Source of the DNA: the human T2T-CHM13v2.0 reference genome, Homo sapiens
Assembly: GCF_009914755.1 (NCBI RefSeq)
Contig: NC_060931.1
Reading direction: 5' to 3' (one strand)
DNA length: 64,000 nt
This document shows positions 29,008 to 44,464 of this stretch, in pieces. Made by a program: the position numbers and the translations under genes. The notes below the pieces were generated by a model. That model was not told the origin of the DNA. It ran no database searches and saw only the letters and a program-made list of their open reading frames with translations. Within the stretch, counting starts at the first letter, position 1, and each line of letters starts with the position of its first letter.

Positions 29008-29877
29008 CTTTTTTTCTTCTGTTTTTGTAGACACAGGGTCTCACTATGTTGCCCCAGCTAGTCTTGGACTACTGGGCTCAAAGCAATCCTTCTGTCTCGA
29101 ACTCTCAAAGTGCTAGGATTATAGGTATAGCCAGTGTGTCAGGCCAGAAAGCTGTCTTGAAGAAAGGATGAAGTAATCCTAAAATAGTCCAACGTAAGAA
29201 GAGAGGTAACAAAAAGTGCCAGGCTATCTAAAGGATCAAGAGGGCCAGGCGCAGTGGCTCACTTTGGGAGGCCGAGGTGGGAGGTTGCTTGAGGCCAAGA
29301 GTTCAAGACCAACCTGGCCAAAATAGTGAGAACCCCATCTCTTAAAAAAAAAAAAAAGGATCAAGAGGCTAGCTAGGTAACCTAAAGGGATTGGTGTGTT
29401 TGTATCACAGAGAAAGTGCGTTTGGTCAAAAAGACACTACTGATTTGTTTCATCTGTTTGCACATAATATAAAAACTCTTCCAAGTGATTTCATATTGCC
29501 TTTGATCTTTTTTTTTTTGCATATTAACAACATAAGCTATTACCATATAATAATATATGGGGTGATAATCCATGTAGATGGCATTAAAATCTCCATTAAA
29601 TAATACTTTTATTTATTTAATTATTTTGAGATGGAGTCTTGGTCTGTCGCCCAGGCTTGAGTGCAGTGGTGCAAGCTAAGCTCACTGCAACCTCCGCCTC
29701 CTGGGTTCATGCGATTCTCCTGGCGCGCCACCACACCTGACTAATTTTTGTACTTTTAGTAGAGATGAGGTTTCACCATTTTGGTCAGGCTGGTCTTGAA
29801 CTTCTGACCTGAGGTGATCTGCCCACCTCAGCCTCTCAAAGTGCTGGGATTATAGGCATGAGCCACCATACCTGGCC
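29008..29877. mobile_element. Alu cluster: FLAM minus (29008-29145), FLAM plus (29243-29358), internally deleted AluS minus (29606-29877)
   Basis: Alu consensus motifs; the third lacks the cctcagcctcc...ggattaca segment. Confidence 0.85.
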
Positions 29878-30442
29878 AATACTTTTAGAACTTAAAAAAA
29901 AAAAATTGAACTCATATTTGAGCTCATATGTCTCTATACCATTTAAATATCACACATGTATGTTTTTTTCCATCATAGGAATGTCAAGTCTCCAACTTAT
30001 AAAATTATATAAAGAATAAAGTGTATATTTACAAAGCCTTAAAATAAAACCTTAGTGTCTAGAACTATTGACCTCATACATAGCTACTGATCTGCATTGA
30101 AGTTGAGACCTCCCCTTAAATGTCATTCCTATTATTGTTTCAAATGGTCTGCAACCTGATTAAATGCCAATCTCCTTTCTCACAGTTCATAACATTTGCC
30201 ATTTACACTAAGATTCTAGATGCCATTCCCTGGAACCATCAAATAATGGTTACTGTTGGAAAATACCCTTCAGTTTTTAAAAGGGATACTTATTAATATA
30301 TTTGCCTCCAAAGTTGATATCAAAAAAGTTTACAAGCCTATAAATTTTAAAGGTGCCACAACAGTTCCCTTATGTACTAATATTTTAGTTTTCTTTTAAC
30401 ACACAGAGGATAAGAAAAACACTAATTCAAACTTTCCATTGT

Positions 30443-30720
30443 GGCTAGGTACAGTGGCTCACACCTGTAATCCCAGTACTTCAGAAGGCCAAGGCTATGG
30501 ATCATTTGAGCCCAGGAGTTCGAGACCAGCCTGAGTAATGTGGCGAGACCCTCCATCGCTACAAAAAATAAGAAAATTAGCTAGGCATGCTGGCATGCCC
30601 AGAGGCTGAAGCGGGAGGATACCTTGAGCCTGGGAGGCAGAGGTTGCAATGAGCCATGATCATGCCACTGTACTTCAGGCTGGCCAACAGAGTGAGACCA
30701 TCTCAAAAACAAACAAAAAA
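30443..30720 (+). mobile_element. AluJ with TSD CAAACTTTCCA(T/C)TGT
   Basis: Dimer with flanking direct repeat. Confidence 0.9.
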
Positions 30721-31345
30721 CCCCAAACTTTCCACTGTAAGGTCTAGTGACCTTTTCTTCTAAAGGTCACATTTCAGACTATACAAACAAATCCCCAATA
30801 TATCACCATTAAATAATTTGTTCAGTTTAATCATAAAATATTATGATATTACACCTATAGGTATATGTGTATTTGAAACATAAAATTCTTAGTAAATTAA
30901 TTATAACCTCACAATTGCTGTCAAGACAAACAAGAATTTTTAAATGAAAATCTAAAAAACCTTGATCTCAGTTTTACAAAAGAGCATCTAGAAAGCTGAT
31001 ATTCACATGACCCATACTAAGTTAAACACATATTGCAGGAACTAAAGCCTATTGCTTAGAACTCAGATGTGAAGCATCAATGCTAAATCCCTATTATTTC
31101 AAAATTAAACTATGAAATCATCTAACTATACATTAAGAGCACAGAAGTAAAATAAACTATTCTACACATAAATAAAATATATTATGCACGTATTAACATA
31201 GTAAATGTAGATCTTGATATATTGTAAAATGAATGAGCAATTCACAAAACAATATGTATAACACAATGCAACTTTTCTTAAATAAAAAAGATGTTATGTT
31301 TATATACAAGCTACAGATCAGAAATAAAGTATTAAAGGTTGGTGC

Positions 31346-31543
31346 AGAGGTGAACATGGGAGAGAATACAGTCGTGGGTTCTTAGTTTCTGTTTCTGGTT
31401 AGGCCAGTAAAGCCCCTTACTCATTATACGTTTCTGCTTAGCACTAGAGATAGAAACTAAAAACCATGGCTTCAGGCTGCTAAAAGCCTAAAAAAAACAA
31501 GAGAACAACAACAGTGAAAAATAAGGCGAGTTGGACAAGCTTG
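31346..31543 (-). mobile_element. Short hAT-Charlie-type non-autonomous element (MER107-like), next to a MIR (about 31545-31780)
   Basis: Ends gttggacaagcttg (reverse of caagcttgtccaac); internal aaccatggcttcaggctgctaaaagccta; family name from recall. Confidence 0.6.
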
Positions 31544-32329
31544 TTTTACAGTCTGGTCTGGATTTGAATGCTAGTGCCAACACCTGCTCCCAGGCATTCT
31601 AATTTTAGTAGTCTATATTACTCATGCTATTAACTGTTCTCAGCTTCAATTTCTACATTTTGTAGTGGTGGACAGTAATACTTTCATTTCATAGGATTGT
31701 TGTGAAATAAATGAAATAATATATATAAATGGCTTGGCACAATTCCTGATTCACTATAAAGGTTAATGATGGTAGTTATTTTTGTGGCCCAACCTCACTC
31801 TTAAAAATAAATTCTCTGGTATCGCTTTGGATTCAGAAGGACTGAAGGATTTATCCTTACAGAGATTTAGGTTTGTATAACACATACCTTTGGTGATTAG
31901 TAACAGAAAAGCCTTAGGGAAAAAAATACGTAATCATAAAAATAATTTCAGATGTATTATTATAAGTATATAACGCACTCTATATGTAATTTAATGTTAT
32001 AATCTACTATACCCCAGAATATTAAAAATCAGCTTGAAAAAACCTTTTATAAGCCTTTCTCCTGATATGAATAAAATCTATAACTAAGTATACTAAAACG
32101 TTTCAGTAGCCAAGAGACTTCTATAACCAATCTTTAGGGAAATACATTTCAGATTATGAAAAGCTGTTCGATGTACATTTCAGGTTGTATTTGCAAGTCA
32201 CTCTTTCTGAAAACATGCTTATCTTTAAAATTCTAGCTTTCCTTTATCTCACTGCTTGAGCATTCTATTAATGATCTGATTTCCCTTCCTTCCTTCCCTT
32301 CCTTCCTTTCTTCCTTCGTTTCTGTTCTT

Positions 32330-33347
32330 TTCTTTTTTATTATACTTTAAGTTCTGAGATACATGTGCAGAACGTGCAGATTTGTTACATAGGTATACAC
32401 GTGCCATGGTGGTTTGCTGCACCCATCAACCTCTCATCTACATTAGGTATTTCTCCTAATGCTGTCCCTCCCCTACCTCCCACCCGCCAACAGGCCCCGG
32501 TGTGTGATGTTCCCCTCTCTGTGTCCACGTGTTCTCATTGGTCAACTCCCACTTATGGGTGAGAATATGCAGTGTTTGGTTTTCTGTTCCTGTGTTTGTT
32601 TGCTGAGAATGATGGTTTTCAGCTTCATCCATGTCCCTGCAAAGGACATGAACTCATCTTTTTTTATGGCTGCAGAAATAACGTCACACATCTACAACCA
32701 TCTGATCTTTCACAAACCTGACAAAAACAAGCAATGGGGAAAGGATTCCCTATATAATAAATGGTGTTGGGAAAACTGGCTAACCATATGCAGAAAACTG
32801 AAACTAGACCCCTTCCTTACCCCTTATACAAAAATTAACTCAAGATGGATTAAAGACTTAAATGTAAGACCTAAAACCATAAAAACCCTAGAAGAAAACC
32901 TAGGCAATACCATTCAGGACACAGGCATGGGCAAAGACTTCATGACTAAAACACCAAAAGCAATGGCAACAAAAGCCAAAATTGACAAATGGGATCTAAT
33001 TAAACTAAAGAGCTTCTGCATAGCCAAAGAAACTATCATCGGAGTGCACAGGCAACCTACAGAATGGGAGAAAAGTTTTGCAATCTATCCATCTGACAAA
33101 GGGATAATATCCAGAACCTACAAAGAACTTAAACAAATTTACAAGAGAAAAACAAACAACCCCATCAAAAAGTGGGCAAAGGGTCTGAACAGACACTTCT
33201 CAAAAGAAGACATATATGTGGCCAACAAACATATGAAAAAAAGCTAATCATCACTGGTCATTAGAGAAATGCAGATCAAAACCACAATGAGATACCATCT
33301 CATGCCAGTCAGAATGGCGATCATTAAAAAGTCAGGAAACAACAGAT
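32330..33347 (-). mobile_element. 5'-inverted, truncated L1PA: 3' end on minus (32330-32674) joined to an ORF2 segment on plus (32673-33347)
   Basis: tttttattatactttaagttctg...ttttatggctgca abuts gaaataacgtcacacatctacaaccatctgatcttt...aaaaagtcaggaaacaacaga. Confidence 0.93.
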
Positions 33348-35353
33348 TCTGTCATTTCTTAATCTTGTGGACTGGAAGCTTAAATTTTTCATCTTTGAAA
33401 AGAATCTCCTACTCATTGATTTAGTTTTCATACCAAATCTCAAGTCAATACTTCCATTTATAGGCAGAGTAGTTATCCAATTCAAAAATCTGTTTCAAGT
33501 CTTTCTTCCACTAAAGACTTACAATTTGGCTATTTTCCTCTAAATGTTTTCAGTCAAATTATTCTAAAAAAATAGGAATATTTGTAAAGATTAAAGAACA
33601 AAACAGGTATAATTTTAGCACATTGAGGGGTAGAAGAGTGTTATTAAATGCCAAGAAACAAACATTAACAGCAAGTTGTTACTTAAGACATTAGTCAATA
33701 ATATATTTTTAAAAATAAGGCATATGATGTTTTTTATAATCTTATTTAATGCTTAAGCTTCCCTTATACACTAAAATGAAAGTTGAAAAATAAAACTATT
33801 TTTAATAAAAAAAGATATAATCCAATTAAAAACCAAAAAATGACAATGATTTTCTGTTAGCCTTCAACACTGCAGGTACATTAGATAGGCCTAAGTAATT
33901 TACAGCCACTGACAATTTGATCAACAGTATCAACTCAGTGAAATGTTTGCAGATATTTTGATTTCGTCTAAGCCTTTTGCCATTACTATGTTAACTGAAG
34001 TACATATTACCATTACCACTGTCCCTCCCTACTCTCAATGCAAGGTATTTTCTATATACATGCTGGATCTTTCTTACAGTGTTATCTTCAGATCTTAGCA
34101 TTGTCAGTAATTACACTATACTCTACTAGATATAACACTGAATTTTATTTATAGCAATAACCATGTTTTTGAAGCAGTGAACATTATAAAAAAGATTTAA
34201 ACAAAGATTGAGAGAAAAATTAGTAATCTAAATTCATAGTAATTTCCTACAAAGAGCTTCTATATCTCTGTATGGTTAGTTTTCAATAAAGTTCTTAAAA
34301 AGATGCTTCTAAGATGATTTTGTCAAGACTACAAGATCAATTGAATGAAAATAGTACCATATTTGCAAACAAAATCTGGCCATCCATGGGAACTAAAAGA
34401 AGGAAGCCTCGTAACATGACTGTTACCTCCAAGGATCATTTTATGTAAATCCTTCAGTATGTCACCAACTTACCCTAAAAATTATCACAGAACAAACTGA
34501 AACAACTTGGATATAGATAAAAGTAGATTATTTTGTTTATTATGGTATTTCAACCGGGAATGGTTAGAGAGGATAAACTGAAAACGTAGTTAGCTAACAT
34601 TCTAAAGATAGTGGAGACAATCAGATTTTGACACACTGTCTAAAATTAGTATATCAATAATGGTAAAAAAAAAATATTGAAGTCTCATTTTGTTTGGATT
34701 TCAATTAGCATACATATATACTAGTGAAATATGTGTGCTTAACTTTCAAACATTAATGTATAGAATTAAGATTATGATTCAATTATGTACTTATTATTTT
34801 AAATGCATGCATATAGCTATTTCAAATAGAATAATTTTAGGGTTAAATTCCCAGGTTCTAGGGTTGGAATCTTTAAAAAGTAAATAAACATTTTTCTACT
34901 AAAATTTTACGTACTTTACTTCCTCCAACAGTTTTCTAACAGTTCAAGTCAATTTCATACTAGGTGACCATGCATGAATGATATATGGAGTTAGTGGTCA
35001 CACAAAAGGGAAAACTTGATTGATCATGCATAATTATAATTTATGTAAATTACTAAAATATTTAAATATTTAAAAATATATAATTAGGCCATTAATTGGC
35101 ACATGCGTTAAAAAAGGAAACCTTATAAAACTTGCTTGTCTTCTGAAAGTGTATTGACAATGTGTAGGAGGGCCATTTTTTTGTTAACAAATTTTTTTTC
35201 TGGTTTAAATTCATCAGGAAGTTACAAACTTTCACTACAGTAAAAATGGAAGTAAGTAAATAGTCAATTCAATATTTATGATTAGTCAAGTATTATATAG
35301 TTAGTAATTTTAAATAAAATCATTAAAGTTTACAGATAAAGGAAACCACTTAC

Positions 35354-35453
35354 AAGCTGCTCTGATTTTACACTGTATAACTGGATGGTCTTTGCCACAT
35401 TTTTTGACACAGCTAATGTGAGGTTTGTATCAACAGCAGCAACATTTAGTTCA
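35354..35453 (-). CDS. COG5: COG5 coding exon (100 nt; probably exon 14): [33 protein letters not shown]
   Basis: Acceptor tttttctccag|T, donor CTT|gtaagt; AG|T completes Ser; translated by hand (absent from the ORF track); phase 2-0. Confidence 0.95.
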
Positions 35454-36492
35454 CTGGAGAAAATGAAAACAGTTTTTAAATATTAGCAACATCATTCATC
35501 AACAAAGTAAAGAGCAAGATAAAAACTCAAACCCAATAAGCAATGTGGTTATTCTTTTTATAGATTTCACTGCTTCCAAGAACTGGTTGCATTGTTTCAT
35601 TTTACCCCCTAATTTCAGCACTTGGAAAAAGTACCTGGAGATGGCTTCCTTAATGACCAGTTTCTCATTAACAAAAGCATGTCATATGTGGGTTCAGTCT
35701 GTGATTAAAGGAGTAAATTGTGTACAGATTTTTAAAGTAGCACTCTTGCTAATACTGATAAAGTGCAAGCAGAGGCATTGCATATCACAGACATCTGCAA
35801 GGAAATGACAGCTCTTGAATGGAAATGATGACCTTAAAGGGACATAGGCTAAAAATATAAATTACACATGATATATAAAGATACTCAGCTTCTGTAGAAA
35901 TTATGCCAATTCATGCTAGTTTCAATAGAGTAGCTTTTTAAATAATATAAAAGCATAACAGGACTATAATTACAAATTTTTAAAATTCGGATTCTTAAAG
36001 TATATTTTTGTCATGCTTCAACTTTAACATTGGATTAATTGGGGTATTTGATCTGACTGCCAAAAAAAAAAAAAAAAGTATTTTACGAAGACCATGGAAA
36101 GAACACTAGAAATTAAAAATAATATAGAAACCCATATACAGATGGAAAGCAAGAAAATTATTGTCCCTAAAGTAGTAGAGTAAATCTTACCAGATTCTCT
36201 TTTTAAAGAAGTTGAAAGTTTGAAACAATACTAGAGCATACTATGTGTAACAAAAATGCACTTTCATACAGTATTGAGACATAATTTTGTTAATGTTCAC
36301 TTTTAAATTTTATTAAACACTAGCATAAGCATGATTCTTCCAGTTGTAGATTATATTTGATTATAGCATTGTCAAGTTGCACAGAGGAATGGGAGAGATT
36401 CCTCTTTAACATTTACATAAACAGGTCAAAGAGATCAAGTTACTAAGACCTATAGTCAGAAGGAAAGTCAAGGCAATTGTGGAGAGATTTAG

Positions 36493-36879
<387 letters not shown>

Positions 36880-37608
36880 TAGTCTTACTCTTCCACGCCT
36901 CAGAATCACCATCTTCAAATCTTTAAAAGAATTTAGACCTCAGTCTCATACTATTTTTTATTCCTTAAAACGTCCATCTCAAATGTACAGATCTACTATT
37001 ATGACAACTTGTTAGTCATGACAGAAACTGAGATAATTTCAACTGCAAATTGGTCTGGATAACTTTTAAATAAGTGTCTAAAGCCAACAGTATATAATTA
37101 CATTGTCTGCAGGCATTCAGGTGGCACCTCTGCTAGGATATCTTCCCTTTTTAGTCTTAAAAGCTGTCACATTCACTTAAAAAGCTTAAAATAGCGAACA
37201 CAAGCTAATCAAAGTTATATTCCTATTTCTGCCATGAAGCACGTTCTGGAGTTTAGGATAAAAAAAAGTTAACCTGTATGTTTTAGTTTCTCAATTTATA
37301 AAATCGTTTATTATATTTGATTTCTTGTGTAACGTAAGAAATTTACTATGATACAAAGAGCTAGGTTTACTTTGCATCCTTGGCAAGATATAGAATAATT
37401 ATAATAGACTGTTTTTAGACTATATTTAAGGTATTTAAATTATTTATTAATTGGAATCTCAAGTACTTACTATGTGTGCACTCATTTACTATAAAATTCT
37501 TAATTTAATTGTGGGCCTAATTACTTGAATAATTTGAAAATAAATTAAAAAGGTACTGCTATCATATATCACTAACAAATATGGCAGTCATCTTATGGCA
37601 AGCCACTA

Positions 37609-37902
<294 letters not shown>

Positions 37903-37964
37903 TTAAGAAAAAGAAAATAATTTGTTTCACAACGTACATATTTACCAATATATTTCATAATTAA

Positions 37965-38290
<326 letters not shown>

Positions 38291-39767
38291 TAATCTCTAC
38301 GTAAGTCCCCACTATAAATGCACAATAATATGCACCAATACCTACTGTATTATCTGTTTCCTTAAACTAAAAGAATAACAGTAAAATCCTATTAATGCTA
38401 ATGGGGGCTATGCCTTTACTTGTAAATCATACCTATAGAGTTATCGAAGCATATGGAAGAAAGACCAGCCTGCAGAGACCTGCTCCATTAGCTTGGCCCT
38501 TTCCATCCATAGCTGCCTCCCCAGTAAAGCTCACTGACTGAGAGGGAAGTGTACAGACTTAGGTTTTTACATTTTCCATTTTTGTGTTACTAACAAGAGT
38601 GAGACAAAATAAAAAGTATTTATGGAAGTCCTAAAATCACGTAAATACTCCCAAGTGGAGTTCTATGCTACTTTGTTTTATAATATTCTTCACAACATCA
38701 AATGTAACCTGAGAAACATTTCTTTCCTGCTTGCACTTCCCATATCTTTAATAATTCATGCTGATTTTCATTTAGCAGTCAAACTATTTGATCTTACATT
38801 TTTCTTTCGACAATTACTATCAAATGTCTATAACCATTATTTTCATGTTTCCTTACTCCTATAATTAATTGTCTTCTCACATCATCCCTGTTTACAATCC
38901 TTCCACCAGCTTTTGCATTGTCTTTTTTCTTTTATAAACAACAAATTTTCCTTCATCTAAAAAGTTAACCTTTAAAACATCTAACCTGCTCCTTCATGTA
39001 TATGAAACTTGGCTTTCTCTTTTTCTCACCCTTCTGGTCCACTGATATGACCTAGAGATCAGAATGCTCTTGGCTCCAACATCATAATTCCATAGTTATC
39101 TCTTAATGTTTTCTCATTCAGTAAGTATTTCACTCAACACATATTTACTGAGAATACTACGCACCAGGCACTTTGTAAAGTGCTGGGAAGATAGAGATTA
39201 AGAGTGCTTTACAGTCTTGTGAAGAAATTGGCAGGTAAAATGCTAATTATAATAATTTCTGTAATAGATGAAGATACCAAGACCATGATGGAAGCATGAA
39301 AGAACTTAGTATCTAAATGTGTCTGAAGCAATCCTCTGTTGAAGTCCGAGCCATCTATTTAAATGTCACTATTTTTACTCATGACATCTACTGACCTCAG
39401 AAGCCTCTTCCCACTTCTGCAGAAATTTTGGCACTGAATTATAAGAACTAACACTTTCCCGTTCTCCAAATCTACCGTTAAAGATCCTTGGTAACTACAA
39501 TGTCAAACATCTTTTCTAAAATATGTCCTATATTAAAAGTCTACATTTATAATAACCTTTTTTGGCTTTACTAGGGGGCTTCCAAATTTGAGTCATCACT
39601 TTGAACTGCTCCACCTCTAAGATCTTCAAGCTTAAAGGAAACTGTCTACATGCCCCACCTTCTATCTCTACTTTTCCTTCCACAAATATTAAGTCACTAC
39701 AATATTTGCCAAGTATTTCCTAGGTGCAGAAATATAGTAGAGAACTTGCTTTAAAAAAAAAATTCCC

Positions 39768-39933
39768 GGCCGGACCTGGTGGCATGGTGGCATGTGCCTG
39801 TAATCCCAGCTACTCAGGAGACTGAGAGAGAATTGCTTGAACCCAGGAGGAAAGGGTGCAGTGAGCCAAGATCATGCCACTGCACTCCAGCCTGGGCGAC
39901 ACAGCAAGACTCTGTCAAGAAAAAAAAAAAAAA
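39768..39933 (+). mobile_element. Half-length Alu with TSD AAAAAATTCCC, inside a minus-strand L2
   Basis: GGCCGG start runs directly into right-arm sequence; A tail; TSD on both sides. Confidence 0.85.
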
Positions 39934-40999
39934 ATTCCCTGTCTTCTTAAAGCTTACACAGTAACAGGAGAGATATACACAAAAATAAAAATTTAAAATA
40001 AGTTAAATATGGAATATGATAATGATAAGTGCTAAGAGAAAAATAAAGCAAGGAAGATAGAGAATAATGCTTAAGTCTTTTTTCCTTTTCCATCCGATTT
40101 TAGATAGGATGAGGCAAAGGAAGGCTTACTGAGGGGCCCTGAAGGAAAAGAGGGAGCTAATTGTGTAGATTTTCAGGGAAATTGCTTTCCATGAGGAAAG
40201 AACAGCAAGTACAAAGGCCCTGAGGAGAGACCATACCTGGCTGTGTTGGCCAGAGGTGCAGATCAAGTAACAGGAGGGTAGTACAAGATAATATCAGAGA
40301 AAACAGATGGACGTCATGTTAGGCTTTGCATATCTATAAGGGTGGTATATTTTACTCTAAAGAACTTGTTCTTTGACCTTATTGTAATTTATGCTACATG
40401 ACCCCTTCTTGCTTCCAGCCTCCATCAGCCCACCATGTCTATAGTCATCCTTTTTCCATAGCCATCATTTCAAGGTGCTCTCATTAGCACCCTGATTTTT
40501 CCAATTCACCTTCCTTTCAAAGTTCTAAGAAAATGTTATTGAGATGTTCTCTGTATCTGCTGCTAAGCTGGCCAAGTACTTCAGAGAAAAAATGATTTCT
40601 ACTGGACATTTATACAAACTTCTTTAAAATCAAGAGACCTGAAGGTCAAAGTAATAACCTAAAATTCTACTTGTGCAACTCTTCAATCTTTATAGATGAC
40701 TTTTGTCTTGGTTTTACCCTAAGAGAAAACCACTGGCCGTGACCTTTCTCAACGTGGCACTTCTCTTGTTTTTTTCCCTCTTACAACTTCATCTATTCTC
40801 TGTGACTTTCTTATTATTTCAATGAAAGAGGTAACCTCACTCCTTTTTTTAAAATAAAAAATTCCCAGAATAATTTAATCTATCTCTTCTTATCCCATTC
40901 TCTTCTTACACAGATCTGATCGCTATACATGTATCACAGCATCACTCTATATATGTATAAATATTATGTGTCAGTTAAAAAAATAAAGGAAAAAGATAT

Positions 41000-41526
41000 G
41001 TCAGCATAAAAAATATAAAGACATATCTCTAAGTAAAAAGGTTTTATTGGGGAATAACATACGAGAAGCAGGATTGCTATCTTGGACCTACAGACAGAAC
41101 AGGGTGGCCTCTGGTATGTTTGGAAAACAAAAGAAAGGCTGGAGTTTATTGGGGGAAGAGGAGGTTATGCAAGTTGTTTTCAAAGACAGTTTACTGGCAC
41201 TGGCAGCATCTTATATAAGAGCTGGTGAGTTCTGATTGGTGAGTGTCAGTAAATTGCAAAGTAGGACTTGCAATTTTAGTGTTATGGTTAGGCCCTTGCA
41301 GTTTGGATTGGGCTTGTGAGATAGTGTGTCAGGCAAATGTTCTTGTTTAAGTGGCTAGCTGTCCCTGTGTGACTTGTGTAGTAAGCTGCAGTTGAGAAAA
41401 ATTTCTTGTGATAGTTCTTGTTATCAGGCAAATCATGTGTGACAGCTCTCCCTTCATAACCGTCCCCCAGCTCTATTTTGCCAGGCTTTGACACAAGTGA
41501 CTCCATGTCGAATCTGACAACTTTCA
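41000..41526 (-). mobile_element. ERV1 LTR, MER67-like, same orientation as COG5
   Basis: Minus strand starts TGAAAGTTGTCAGA..ATGGAGTCACTTGTGTCAAA..GCCTGATAACAAGAACTATCACAA; AATAAA at 41048-41043. Confidence 0.7.
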
Positions 41527-41529
41527 TAT

Positions 41530-43800
<2,271 letters not shown>

Positions 43801-43907
43801 ACATCTGTTAATGTTAATAAACCCAACAATGAATTGTTATAATTACTATTTTACTATCTGTCATCATTTCCTAGAAAATTTCAGCTTTGTTCCTACCTAC
43901 CTCCTGT

Positions 43908-44462
43908 GCCAAACTTGCTATGCCAAAGATAAAAGTTAAGCTTGGAAATTGAGTTATGCAAAAAAACTGCCTTTCCTTTGTTCCCAAACAGCTGCAAGAT
44001 GGAAGGCCACATCTCTCTCCAGGTGGCCTCCCTCACCCTGATCCTGTAAATTAACAGCTTATCTTCACATATAGGTACAATGACAATATTAGAAATAATT
44101 CTACTGCCCACTATGAGACAAATGCAGATTTGATGAACATGAAACAAATGCATAACTGACTGTTCCTGTACCCTCTTCTTTCACATGTAACATGTGGATT
44201 CAGTGAGTGCTAATCAAAGCCTCACAAGAATGTGACCACTTATCTCACTACCTACCCTCCCCACTTTTTTTCTTTTCCCCTTCCCTTCCTGCCCACTCTT
44301 TCCCCTTTAAATCTTGAAGTCCTCAAAACCCTCTTTGGAAAAAATCCAGGTCTCAGATCCTTCAGTGACTAGAGTCTCTTCTTCCCAGGCACATCCTTAA
44401 CCTGTGCAAAATAAACCTCTAAATTAATAGAGACCTGTCTCAGACACTTTTTGTTTTATACA
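43908..44462 (+). mobile_element. MER4-group ERV1 LTR (5' end missing or degraded)
   Basis: aaagttaagcttggaaattgag...gctaatcaaagcctcacaagaatg...gcaaaataaacctctaaattaatagagacctgtctcaga, homologous to the end of the 26168 LTR. Confidence 0.75.
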
Positions 44463-44464
44463 GT

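Noticed and set aside
32459-33247. 262-aa ORF as a novel gene
   Set aside because: Chimera across an L1 inversion junction with a non-ATG start in the track; no endonuclease or RT core; no promoter evidence
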